DNA of 62,733 nt, counting the filler, from Choristocarpus tenellus KU-1152 (Eukaryota; Protista; Phaeophyceae), in the NCBI GenBank assembly GCA_964200185.2. It is 9 parts of 9 records of this genome, joined end to end, with 100 filler letters (N's around TTAATTAATTAA, not from the genome) between each part and the next. Parts side by side here need not be neighbours in the genome. Positions count along the whole stretch, not along the records: positions 52,182 to 56,027 come from CAXNAD020017600.1; positions 56,128 to 59,594 come from CAXNAD020019835.1; positions 59,695 to 62,733 come from CAXNAD020022762.1; 6 more parts are not named here. The stretch is one strand, 5' to 3'. The position numbers and the translations under genes are program-made. Position 1 is the first letter of the stretch. Every line of letters starts with the position of its first letter. Of this stretch, positions 52,082 to 62,733 are shown in pieces. The notes below the pieces were generated by a model. That model saw only the letters and a program-made list of their open reading frames with translations, ran no database searches and was not told the DNA's origin.

Positions 52082-52316
52082 NNNNNNNNNNNNNNNNNNN
52101 NNNNNNNNNNNNNNNNNNNNNNNNNTTAATTAATTAANNNNNNNNNNNNNNNNNNNNNNNNNNNNNNNNNNNNNNNNNNNNCCGAAAAAGACGCTGACAG
52201 CATATTTTACAATTGAGGGGCGCATGGCGATGTATGGGTGCGCAGGAGATACGGAAAAGGCAAAAAAAGAGAACCGCGGCAACTGCACCATTTACCAACC
52301 TTTGGAGCTCAGCTGT

Positions 52317-53586
52317 CTACTTCTCCGTGGGTACAATCTGCCTGGTGCGCGAGATAAGCATCTCGGAGATGTGCGCGTACGATTCGATATCCTGGTAGTC
52401 CCTCGCCGTAGGAGCCTTCCTGTTGAATGACCTGTACCTGCAAAAAGAGAATGGCAATGAAGGACGTCAACGAGAACGATGCGCTGGTAATGATGAGTAA
52501 AGGTTCACCACTGCAGACAATATTCTATGGAACGATCGTCCTAGTTCAGAAATGACAAGAGCACACATACACAGGAAACACACACTGCAGGTAGTCTTTT
52601 CACAGTACTACGAACGGTTCGTCGTTCGATACAACAATGCCCGACTACAGTCTTCATCGTAGGAGACACTTATTGAATGTTCCTGTACAAAGTGCTGCGA
52701 CCGGCACACATGTCGCTTACTGCTGTCTACACGATAAAACACTGTGGTGGTTTGACTTGCCTTGCAAGCAGACGGATGCATAGCAGAGAAGTGAAGTCGG
52801 TAAACTCCTCGCGAGTCAGATACCTCAGTGTGACCGCGTTGTGGTCGACCTGTGGTGACGAGGTCTCACACACTTCCTCTAGTACCTCGAAGGACTCTGG
52901 TTGAAGGGACTTTACGCCTTGCTGCCAGTTTCGTAGAGTTATTTTCGGCGGGGGAGTAACGCCCCCCTTCGCGATGGGCAGAAAAGAAAAATATCATGCA
53001 CCCAGCCAGCCAGGATGAGGCATCGTTATTACCACGCCAGCAGGGTATGTATGAGTGTGGGGGGGGTGTTATTCAGCGGCCGGGCCTAATGATAAAACAA
53101 ACAAGAGTCAGGCAATCATGGAACAACGACGACACTCCATCACTCACCGTTGGCAATTAGCCTCTCTTCTGCTTGGTTGAACTCCATGTAGACCCGCATC
53201 ATGAAAGCGCGTTCGTGATCAAACTCTCTCTTCAACACCGTTATTCTATGGTTTCTGTCCAGTGTGCGTCCTTGAACGGCAAGCGTGGTGTCGGCGGTGA
53301 GCTGGTCCCCGTTGCCTAAGCAGTCTTGTTGGATGATGATGGATGGAGCAAACTGCTCGAGCCAGCCTTTTTCATGGATAGACTTGCTGATGCGCGCAAG
53401 GCCATGCTCGCTCAGGGGTCGCACCATCTCCGTGCACATGATGTTGCCGAGTTTCATCTTGTACATGCCAAGGTAGTGCTGTTCGAGGAGCGAGGACATG
53501 TCCTCGGCATTGCTGTCCGACGCTCTTGATCCGTGGTCAGCGCCATTGGCCCGCGGGGGGCTCGTTGTTGAGCGAATGTTGGACAT
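52317..53586 (-). CDS. ParB/Spo0J-like (ParB/Srx fold) intron-containing gene, possibly a pseudogene (exons 53586-53148, 52966-52824, 52437-52317)
   Basis: VRPLSEHGLARISKSIHEKGW…PSII…LDRNHR (ParB box I/II-like) and a GTGAGT donor. Exon 2 has an HTH-like KITLRNWQQGVKSLQPESFEVL. Exons 2 and 3 are in phase; exons 1 and 2 are not. Confidence 0.6.
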
Positions 53587-53721
53587 AGCGGAGATTGGGA
53601 AGGTGTGACGGGGATAGATAAGAAAGAGCTGCTGGTGGTATGTGCAGAAGGGAAGGAATGGAAATGAGGAGTGAGGGCTGGGAGGTGCTGCTTTATTTCA
53701 TCTGATCCGTTGGTCCCCAAA

Positions 53722-54457
53722 GAACTCAGATTTCTTTTCCGTTGATAATTGTGTTCCAAAAAATATGAATATCGAACAGTATACGATTTCATATTAAAAA
53801 AAATAGAGAGTATCATTTTTTTGTGACCTTTTCGTTTCGGAACATTTCAAAGGTATTAGATCAATTAAGTATGTGGTTTTATTTTTATTTATTGAAATTA
53901 AGAATAGAATCTAATCTTTATTTCCTAAAAACCAGAATACACGTATTTTCCAGAGTTTGGATTTCAGACTGGTCCGACGGATCACTTGAAACTCAAAGTT
54001 ATCTTTCCGTTGACAACTGTATTAAAAAATATGAATATCGAACAGTATACGATTTCATATTAAAAACAAATAGAGAGTATCAGTTTTTTGTGAACTTTTA
54101 GTTTCGGAACATTTGAAACGTATTATATCAATTAAGTATGTGGTTTATATTTTTATTTATTGAAATTAAGAATAGAATCTATTCTTTATTTCCTAATAAC
54201 CAGAATACACGTATTTTCCAGAGTTTGGATTTCGGGCTGGTCCGACGGATCACTTGAAACTCAAACATCGTATGCTCGGCTTCGAATTCAATTCTAACGT
54301 GCCCAAGACCGACTGTTGCCTGAAACCAGATTAGAATCTAGTTTTTATTTCATCACAGCGAGAATAAACGCGTTTTCCAGAACACGGATTTCATTTTGGT
54401 CCAACGGATCTCTTCAAACTCAAACATCGTATGCTCAGCTTCGAATTCAATTCACTC
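53722..54457. repeat. ~267-bp direct repeat (2 full copies plus a partial third) ending in TTCACTC
   Basis: 53722-53997 matches about 53990-54265, and 54331-54452 is a diverged copy of the 3' half. Confidence 0.9.
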
Positions 54458-54463
54458 CTAGAC

Positions 54464-54722
54464 GAGTGGAAGTATCTTAGAGGGTACGAGTTTTACCCTG
54501 TTTGACCATTTGGGGCTTGGCTTCCCATGGGTTATTTTATGACATTTTCCTTCTCCAAAATGTTTCGGAATAGGTAAAGTGTGTATGTTATAAAAGGGTG
54601 TGTCCAGAACATGGATAATGGCACTTCCTAACAATCACGATAGCCAAAATTGTATCGAAATCACATCATTGGATTTTGACCGCCAAATGGACGAGGCTCT
54701 ACCCTCTAAGATACTTTGGCTC
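54464..54722 (+). mobile_element. MITE family A, full copy
   Basis: GAGTGGAAGTATCTTAGAGGGTA … TACCCTCTAAGATACTTTGGCTC. Confidence 0.9.
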
Positions 54723-55548
54723 GTTAGTATGAGAAGTAATGCAGCGTATAGTGCCCCTGACCATGAGTCGGGATAATGCCCAGATCGACGTGGTGTAAAG
54801 TAAAAATGAAATACAGATAAAATGTACTCCATAGATATTCATGTACGCCTAAGTACTATTTTGCGTCAATATGATTGGGCGTGTCATCATTGTCAAAAAT
54901 GTTTGTTCGCCCAGAAGTCGAGATATGCCCAATCACAGAAATGATAATGGTCTGAAATCCCAATTTTGTCCCAATATTAAATATAACAATGTGAGTACAG
55001 ATAAAGCAAACGTTTATCAAGTACACTGAAGAAGTGCGTGGTGCCATGCCCCTGGGAACTACCCCCATCGGGGAATTCTCCTGTTAAAATAATCAACCCA
55101 GTAGTTAGGGAGTCACCCCCCTCTTTTCCCAACTGTGTACATGGCTGTGGTGGGCACAAATATTCTGGTCGCATTGTCCAATTTTCTGGATTTAAAAAAA
55201 TCATTTTCTTCAGTTACTTGACAGTGGTATTTTAGGTGCTTGCCCAATTCATTCATGTTTTCAGCGAAGTTAGTAAGGATCTCAAGGAAGTTATGAAATA
55301 TCCTAGTTAGGCGCACTTGCCCAAGCAATTCTAGCTCTTCTTTACCAATGTAGAGCTAAGGCACAAACATTCTGTAAGGACGTTTTTGTTCAATCGGATA
55401 AAGTTTTTTTCGCTTTTTTCTTCTGCTTGACTCAACAAAGCTGTCCTATCTTGGAGGGGGGTTTCGCAGAGTGTTTTGGGGCTCTTGCGACCCCTTTATG
55501 TTAGATACGCTTCTAGCACTCTGAAGGACGAATTCACACTCATGAGGA

Positions 55549-55805
55549 GAGTCGAAGTATCTTAGAGGGTAGAGACGCATCCTTTTGGGGACCATAATCC
55601 AAAGTTGCAATTTTCATGTAATTTTGACTATCGTGTTTGGTAAGAGATGTCAATATTCTTGTTCTCGATACACCTTTTCATAACGTACACATTTTACCTA
55701 CCCGAAACATTTTGGAGTAGGTAAAATGTCATTAAAACCCGTGGGAAGTCAAGCCCCAAATGGACAAACAGGGTACACCTCGTACCCGCTAAGATTCTTT
55801 CACTC
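55549..55805 (-). mobile_element. MITE family A, full copy with 4-bp TSD AGGA
   Basis: AGGA|GAGTCGAAGTATCTTAGAGGG … AAGATTCTTTCACTC|AGGA. Confidence 0.9.
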
Positions 55806-55959
55806 AGGACAGACTTTTGTTTTCACATCCAAACCCACAGCTTCCTGAGGGGGGTCAGGTACATTGCAGGGATGTGGATGGGGTGTCAATCACCGGGTTT
55901 AGCCCTAAATGATCGGGTTCACCCAAATAGATAGTCATCCTATCTCAGAGAAGGGTCAT

Positions 55960-56027
55960 GGGTCAAAGTATTTGGGGGGGGGGGGGCCGGCGTCCGTTTT
56001 TTACTCTTTTTTCGATTTTCCATTTTT
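55960..56027 (-). mobile_element. MITE family B, partial at contig end
   Basis: GGGTCAAAGTATTT, poly-G, then GGCGTCCGTTT. Confidence 0.75.
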
Positions 56028-57038
56028 NNNNNNNNNNNNNNNNNNNNNNNNNNNNNNNNNNNNNNNNNNNNTTAATTAATTAANNNNNNNNNNNNNNNNN
56101 NNNNNNNNNNNNNNNNNNNNNNNNNNNTTGTTTTTTTTTTGGTAGGTGTTTTTTTTTTTTGTGGGGGGGGGGTGGGGGTGGGTGTCTGGTGTGCAATAAT
56201 GTGACCTTTTTTTCGTATGTCTTGGGGATTGCAGTGCATTGTATCTGTATCTATATGTGGTATTACTAGTGTGATTTGGTGTTATGATCTGTTGCTTGTC
56301 GCCACACCTCTTACGTTTGTTGATATGTGTACATTGGAGGATGGTGTGACTTGAGATAGACATGTCCTACTTGAAATTATAATGTAGTAGATACGCCTTC
56401 TCTTGCAGACTTCGATCCCCAGGCTACCTTACATTCTCGGAAAATTCTGATCTATGCTATGATACTATATTTTTTTCCGCTTGTATAGATTATAGTAATT
56501 GTAAACAGTATGTTAATATCACCTTAGATAATATTAAATATATCAATTCCTGTTTGAGTATAGAAATCCAAATCTTCAACTGAGGAAGTGGTAAATTGTG
56601 TGTGATAAATTGTGTGTGGTAAATGTGTGTGGTATATTGCTACTCATTAGGGTCTAGTGTGTATGCCTGCCTATGATAGTGTCTGGAAATATATTTTTAA
56701 TACTGGAGTGTGTTTTAAAATGTGTATAGAATGCTTTTTGCGTGCCATCTTGAATGCACACAGGAAGATGAGGGTACACTTTCTTGTCAATTTGTGAAAA
56801 AAGATAAAAGAGTGCATATTACACACTATGTACATGTGATGAATTGACAGTCATATTTTCATCATACTTCATCACGAATGTATTAAACATTTTCATATGT
56901 GCACACTTTGACGTTTGCACACCTGCATCTATACATACCAAATGCATCTATACATAATATGTTTCTGTATTTATTGTTTAATATTGCGTTCTTATGTGTG
57001 TGTGTGTGTATGCCTTCCAACCCCCTGTTTAAAAAAAG

Positions 57039-58571
57039 GTTCAAATAAATTACAAGGGAGATCAGGTGTTGAATCTCTCAGATCCGGAGCAGTTGTACAG
57101 CACAATTTGCTCCTCGGTGGTGGAGTATGACTGCTTTGGTGTGTTTCTTTCTATTATGCAGCACCTCTTGGTCATACCTAGTGCTGATCTGGCGGGAAAG
57201 CAGCAGGTGTGGGGCATGTGGGGGGGGGGTTGGGGTGGGATGGGACATTATGTCACGTTGGGTATGTGTGTACTTGTGTTTGTGAGGTGACATAAGGTCT
57301 TTTCAATTTAATTGGTTGTTGAAGGGTTTTTTTGTGTGTATTTTTGGGGAAGAACACAGGGCATGGAGAGTTGAATTATGTGTTTGTTTCATACCTATGG
57401 GATGGTCAACATTATTATTACTAATATTGTTGCTATTGATATTATTGCTACGATTTTTTTATTTGGATGGTAATATTTTATTTTATTATTATCACTCTGT
57501 GGTCTTCATTGTTGGATTGGAAGTGGGGTAGGGCAAGGCAGAGGGAGGGGGGGGGGGAGGGATTGGGAAAGGGTTGTGAAATACTATACACGAGGGGGGG
57601 GTGAATGTAATACCTACGATGGTTGTTTGCAGGTGATGGAGTGGGGGGCTAGGGAGGTGAATGGGTCAGGGGAGGAAGGCGTCTATATGGAATGTGGGTA
57701 AGGTAGGCGGGATTTGTCACTTCGCTGTCATGGAAGTTAAAAAAAAAATTCTTGGAGAAGTATGTTTCACTATTACAGTATGTACAGTGTCATGGGAACA
57801 GTATCTTCTAGTGTATTGTCAAACATTGAAATATTAATTTGACCATAGTCGAGAGGGATGATAATTGAGTCAAAAAGCATTCAAGGTTGTAGGGTAGCTT
57901 CTGTTTGGGGTCCAAAATCCAATGTTGTGACTTTGATGAATTTTGGCTATTGCGTTGGTTAGCAAGTGTCAATATCCTTGCTCTGGATTCAACTTTCATA
58001 GTGATCTACATTTTAGGTAACTGTGTTCACACAGAAAACTGAAAGGGGGCATAAAAAAAATGTGGGAAGTCAAGGCATGAATGGACAAACAGGGCGAAAC
58101 TCCTACCCTCCTTAATGCTTTGGGTCATTATATGTTATTAGTTTCCCCTGTTTGTCTTAGGTGTAGTAGTTTTATCCAATTTAAGATAATGAGGTAATGA
58201 TCTATCCTCCACATTGTGGGCTACTCTACTTCTCTATTAGTCGCCTAACAGACTCTTGTGTGTAACGCATTGACTAACATATTGTTCAATGCATGATGTT
58301 CCATAGTAGCATATCTTGAACTGTTTATCTCTTACACCTAGTGTTCTAAACCAATTGTTCCACTACAGTATTCAGTGAGGGGATGCATGCACTCAGTGTG
58401 TATGCGTGTATTATTGTGTGTTTACTTTGGCAGTGGGAGGCGGCAGAGGAGGCAGTTCACCAGATAGTGACCCACTCAGATGATGACTATTCTCTCACCT
58501 ATGAAGACCTGAAGCGGATGCTAGACTGGAAGGATAGACTAGAGGACCTTTCAATCAAGTGTGACAAGCTG
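57039..58571 (+). CDS. Diaphanous-related formin, FH3 region, internal exons (57039-57206, 58434-58571)
   Basis: A phase-0 junction gives LNLSDPEQLY…FLSIMQHLLVIP…QQ|WEAAEEAVHQIV, matching the FH3 pattern FLSILQHLLLI…IEE.V.QIV. Confidence 0.8.
57867..58126 (-). mobile_element. MITE family A, old degenerate copy in the formin intron
   Basis: TTTGGGGTCCAAAATCCAATGTTG…ATGGACAAACAGGGCGAAACTCCTACCCTC is colinear with other minus-strand copies. Confidence 0.7.
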
Positions 58572-59349
58572 GTGAGGGTCTTTGGCAAGTGACATGACTG
58601 TTTGAAAGCAGAAACATTGTGGTCTTGATTTCCTCATGTCTGGTTTGTTTTAGGCATCCTTAAATGTTTTCATGATTGGTGCGATATTGAACAGAAATTT
58701 GCATTGATGGAGTGTTTTTCTCATGATGATAACCTGCTTTGGTAGTTGATACTATGGCTACTGTTAGAGTAGTAATTTTAGTGTTTTTGTGAACTGTATT
58801 AAGACTCTCATGAATGCCTCATCATATTATCATTATTGTTATTGTTATTATTATTATTATTATTATTATGCTTTAGTGAGTTTAGTGCTGCTACTGTTGT
58901 AAATGTGTTAGTGGATGAGCTGTTGGTACGTAAATACAAGTATGAGTAGGTGGAAGTTACGAGATATTTTGTGTAGCTAACATTATATGGCCAGTTCAGT
59001 TAATAAAGTATGTCAGCTGCCTGTTTGGTGGTGTTTTGCATGACGAGATTCAGTGTATTGGAAGGCGGTGAACTTGTTGGCTAGAGGCAATTAATACTTG
59101 GGAAGATGTTTACAGGTGTGACTGTGAGCAAGTGATGACTCCAGCAGAGAGCTTCTTTGACATATTGTTCCTATTTTATTTCTTCCTCTTGTCAGCATCA
59201 GGTCGAACAGTCAGCAGGGCAGGCTATATATGCAGATGGTGGTGTAATATTTTTATTTTTATTCTTGTGGTTTTGCAAAATGCCATTTTGAGGTTATGCT
59301 GAGATCTCATTGAAATCCGCTGTAGTCTACCTATTCTATGCCCCCTATC

Positions 59350-59518
59350 CCAAAGTATCTGGGGAGGGGGGGGGTGATGGTTTGTGAGGGGGTGTCCGTT
59401 TCGGTCAAACAACTTTTTGTTTTTTGCTGACATTTCAAATCCGACACATGTGACCAAATCACAACAAAAAAGTGAAAAATCGAAAAATCGAAAAAAAATT
59501 GAAAAACGGACACCGGCA

Positions 59519-59550
<32 letters not shown>

Positions 59551-59594
59551 ACAACAAAAAAAAAAAAAAAACAAAAAGCAAAAAAACACACACA
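59350..59594 (+). mobile_element. MITE family B, right end lost at contig end
   Basis: CAAAGTATCTGGGG…GTCCGTTTCGGTCAAAC…GACCAAATCAC…AAACGGACACC followed by poly-C. Confidence 0.85.
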
Positions 59595-59694
59595 NNNNNN
59601 NNNNNNNNNNNNNNNNNNNNNNNNNNNNNNNNNNNNNNTTAATTAATTAANNNNNNNNNNNNNNNNNNNNNNNNNNNNNNNNNNNNNNNNNNNN

Positions 59695-60000
59695 GGATGT
59701 CAAGCCCCAAATGGACAAACAGGACAAAATTCGTACCCTCTAAGATACTTGGGCTCCCGAGTGAAAGTATCTTAGAGGGTAGATGCGCGTATGTTGCGAT
59801 TTTGATATAATTTTGGCTATTGTGTTTATTAGGAAGTATCTATATCCTTGTTCCGGACACACCTTTTCTTAACGTATACATTTTTTACCTATTCCAAAAT
59901 ATTTTGGAGTAGCAAAATTTCATAAAAAACCCCGAGGGAAGCCAAGCCCCAAATAGACAAACAGGGCAAAACTCGTACCCTCTGAGATATACTTCCACTC
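59695..60000 (-). mobile_element. Two abutting MITE family A copies (partial 59695-59756; near-full 59759-60000)
   Basis: …AAGATACTTGGGCTC cc GAGTGAAAGTATCTTAGAGGG…ACTTCCACTC. Confidence 0.88.
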
Positions 60001-60855
60001 AAGGTATACCCTGAAGGTAAACTATCTTGAAGAATCTGATCTTCATATGACATTTGTTTTTGCATGTTGAAGGTAACATCTGCTTGAAGTAAGAGCGGGT
60101 AGTTTGAAGGGACCTTGCATACCCCCCCTCATTCACTTACCACTTGTTCACTCTTTCCAGAGTAATCTTCTGAGGGATTACTCTCCCTCTTGACTTGTCT
60201 CTCTTCTTTTCCTTTCCTCCTGTGGGTCTTCCCGGTCCCCTTCATTACGAAGAACCTATCGGGTTGTTTCCGTTTCACACTTCCATTATAAATATTTCAG
60301 GGAGGAGTATTATGATGGATGGCAAGTACTATTGTTATATTCCCATTATTAAGTAGTAACCCAATCTTTTGAAGTTTTCTTTTTTCGTATTTCCTCACTA
60401 CAATTTATAGTACACCTATAATAAAATGTGCTAACATAATAAATGAGTGACTCATACACACAATTATGGATTAGCTCCTGACGTCACCTAAATCCATAGT
60501 GTACATCTAAATTATCTTTATGACCCATCATAAGAATACACGACAATAAAATAAAACAACGCAAACTCACCACCAATAAACCAAACAACGTATGCATGCG
60601 GTTTAAATACAAGGTGCAAACAGTACACAAACATATGATCCTTTCTCACTCAACATCTTTAGCACCCCCTCACACTGGCAAACGCACACTACATAGAGTT
60701 GATAGTTGCAAATCAGTAACCTCGACAAAGTTGTGTTGGAAGTGAAAACACTGGAAATTACCGGGTGTCGATCACTAGACGGATCGACGTCATAGGTCAT
60801 TTGGTCCAGAGGGGTAGTCGACTTTTTTTTGCAGCAAGTTTGACTTTAAAAGATT

Positions 60856-61663
60856 ATGGCGACTACATCAACCACAAACGTGCACAAGGCGGGGGCGGGG
60901 CCACTCTATGCTGCAGATGCTGCAGCAGCATTGTCATCATCCTTTCTCGTTTCACCCTTCATTTGCATAGTGGACAGATCTATTATGCAGAACGCCAGTG
61001 GGGCAATGAAGATGGGAGATTCTGTCAGGTATGCTTTATTCCTTGTCCAGCTGTCGTTTGCACCATCTCCCCCACTGTCACATAGATTCAGTGTCGTCCA
61101 TCGTCAATCACCTCCTCCCTATGACGAGTATACACAAACAGTTTGTAGTGCCTCCATGGGACTTGTAGCCCTTACTTGTTTTCAGCTCAACGCCTGACTG
61201 CTTTGTATCACAGACCCTAGAGTGCTACAATTATGTTATTTTCGCTCACTGACATTCCACAGATACTGTCGTGGGGGGAACAAGAAGCAGTGTTACGATT
61301 ATATTGAAGACAAGGTTGCCACCTATGCTGCACGGAAAAGAAAGGACATGCGAATCACTAACAAAAATGTTGTCTGGTCCATTATCGGACCATACTCCAT
61401 CCAATGTTGTCATATTGACCGACTTTGACTACTTCGCTGGCTCACTATTTGCTTTGCCTTCAAGGGCGGGACTGAAGGAGCTCTTCACAAAGCCCCACGT
61501 GTTTCTCCGGAGGCCTGAATTTGCAATGATTTGGGGTGTATATGCGTCCACCTACATCACCGCGAATTACATCATGACAACTTGCGAGCGAAAAGGGGTT
61601 GAGGCCTCGTGGCCCAAATTTATTGGAACGACTGCCGTCAACATGACGTCGTGCATTTCGAAG
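60856..61663 (+). CDS. Conserved uncharacterised membrane protein, sideroflexin-like and probably mitochondrial; 5' exons (60856-61028, 61465-61663)
   Basis: A phase-2 junction gives DAAAA…LVSPFICIVDRSIMQNASG…R|AGLKELFTKPH…VYASTYITAN…KFIGTTAVN…K, a motif set I recall from a fungal/stramenopile family. The function is inferred. Confidence 0.65.
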
Positions 61664-62733
61664 GTGAGGTATACATTGTACGTTAAATCATCTTGGTGGT
61701 CGAATGAAAACATGATATATGTTGATACGACTCGACTTCCTTCACTATAGGATCCACCATGGCGTTTTTTTTGGATGGAAGAAAGAGGGGCACCTCAGGA
61801 CAGCAATCTTACTGAGTGTCACAAAAAAGAATGTCCCAAAGGACCTCCCGTCCCTTTCATTCCATTTACAAATATATATATTTTTACTTTGCTTCTCGAG
61901 AGTGGGTAGTTTTTTTAATGCGTAGACTGGGACATATAGCATGCACGAACACATAAACATTTCATATTTTTTGTAAAGCACGCACACACTGGCAGACTAA
62001 TGACAGTTCTTACAACATTGGCGCAGTGGAATAGGTGACGTACATCTTTATTGGAGAATGAATACCTGCCACATCCTTCTGCTGATTGATGTGATGCATG
62101 ACTGTGTGGTAGAGAACTGCACCCTCCCTTGTTGACACGCACCTTGTATGGCGTAAAATACCTGCATGGAAGATTGCCTACCTTTCACATAGTTAGGCTT
62201 ACTGATTGCTGGCTATATGCTGAGAACATGTGGTACATGTGTTGGATATGTTTATGTTGCACTCTCCTCTTTTGGAATCCTTTGTTGGAAGTAGGAAAAA
62301 GTGTTGACCAACTGCGAGGTGTCATAGATGAGAGCTCGATGGCACACTTGAACTTTACTACAGTGCGACAGGAAGGGGGACTGTAACTACTTGAGCTGCT
62401 TATGGATTCCCTCCTCAAGAGTCCTCTTGAAAGAGTGGCTGGTTGTTCACAATCCCAGGTGTTTTAACTGACGTGCTGTACAAGAGCAATCTGAAAGAAG
62501 CAGCACCAGACTGTAGATGCCTGTACAGACATCGAACTTATTGTTGATTGTGTGCCCTTTTTTGACCAAGTTGAAAGAGGGAATTTTCCGGTTTTGTATC
62601 TTCATTCCCAGCGAGAGATTTTCCATCTAATTCTGGCGGGGAGTTTTTGTTGCGTAATTGATGTTTACAGAAGGTCTTAAAGATCCCTCCCCCCCCTCTC
62701 CCCCCCTCCCCCCCCCCCCTGCTCTATACTACA

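Noticed and set aside
60159-60184. Short hairpin AGAGTAATC…GATTACTCT
   Set aside because: Single occurrence with no supporting context. A rho-independent terminator is not meaningful in this eukaryotic DNA.

Overview
Eukaryotic, intron-rich genomic DNA, not prokaryotic. It is most consistent with a brown-alga-like stramenopile (inference from a ROCO GTPase, Ectocarpus-style Copia/Gypsy elements and TTAGGG repeats). The window is nine contigs joined by eight artificial 100-nt spacers (N-run/TTAATTAATTAA/N-run), so adjacency across spacers is not biological. Host genes are split into exons that I reassembled from splice sites and reading-frame phase: an ankyrin-repeat protein, a PAPS-dependent sulfotransferase, an NDUFAF4-like protein, a degenerate JmjC/cupin protein, a ROCO GTPase, a diaphanous-type formin (FH3 region) and a conserved sideroflexin-like membrane protein. 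Transposons fill much of the rest: a DD39D-type mariner with Stowaway-like TIRs, a Gypsy integrase remnant, three Copia remnants, and about 20 copies of two related MITE families with GRG...CYC ends and 4-bp TSDs (Sola2-like). The most unusual signals are (1) an intron-containing ParB/Spo0J-like gene next to ~267-bp subterminal-type repeats that end in the same GAGTGAA terminus as the MITEs, (2) a Gypsy integrase ending in a chromodomain-like plus a Tudor-like module, and (3) two GC-AG introns that protein motifs require. All family assignments come from motif recognition by eye; no searches were run.
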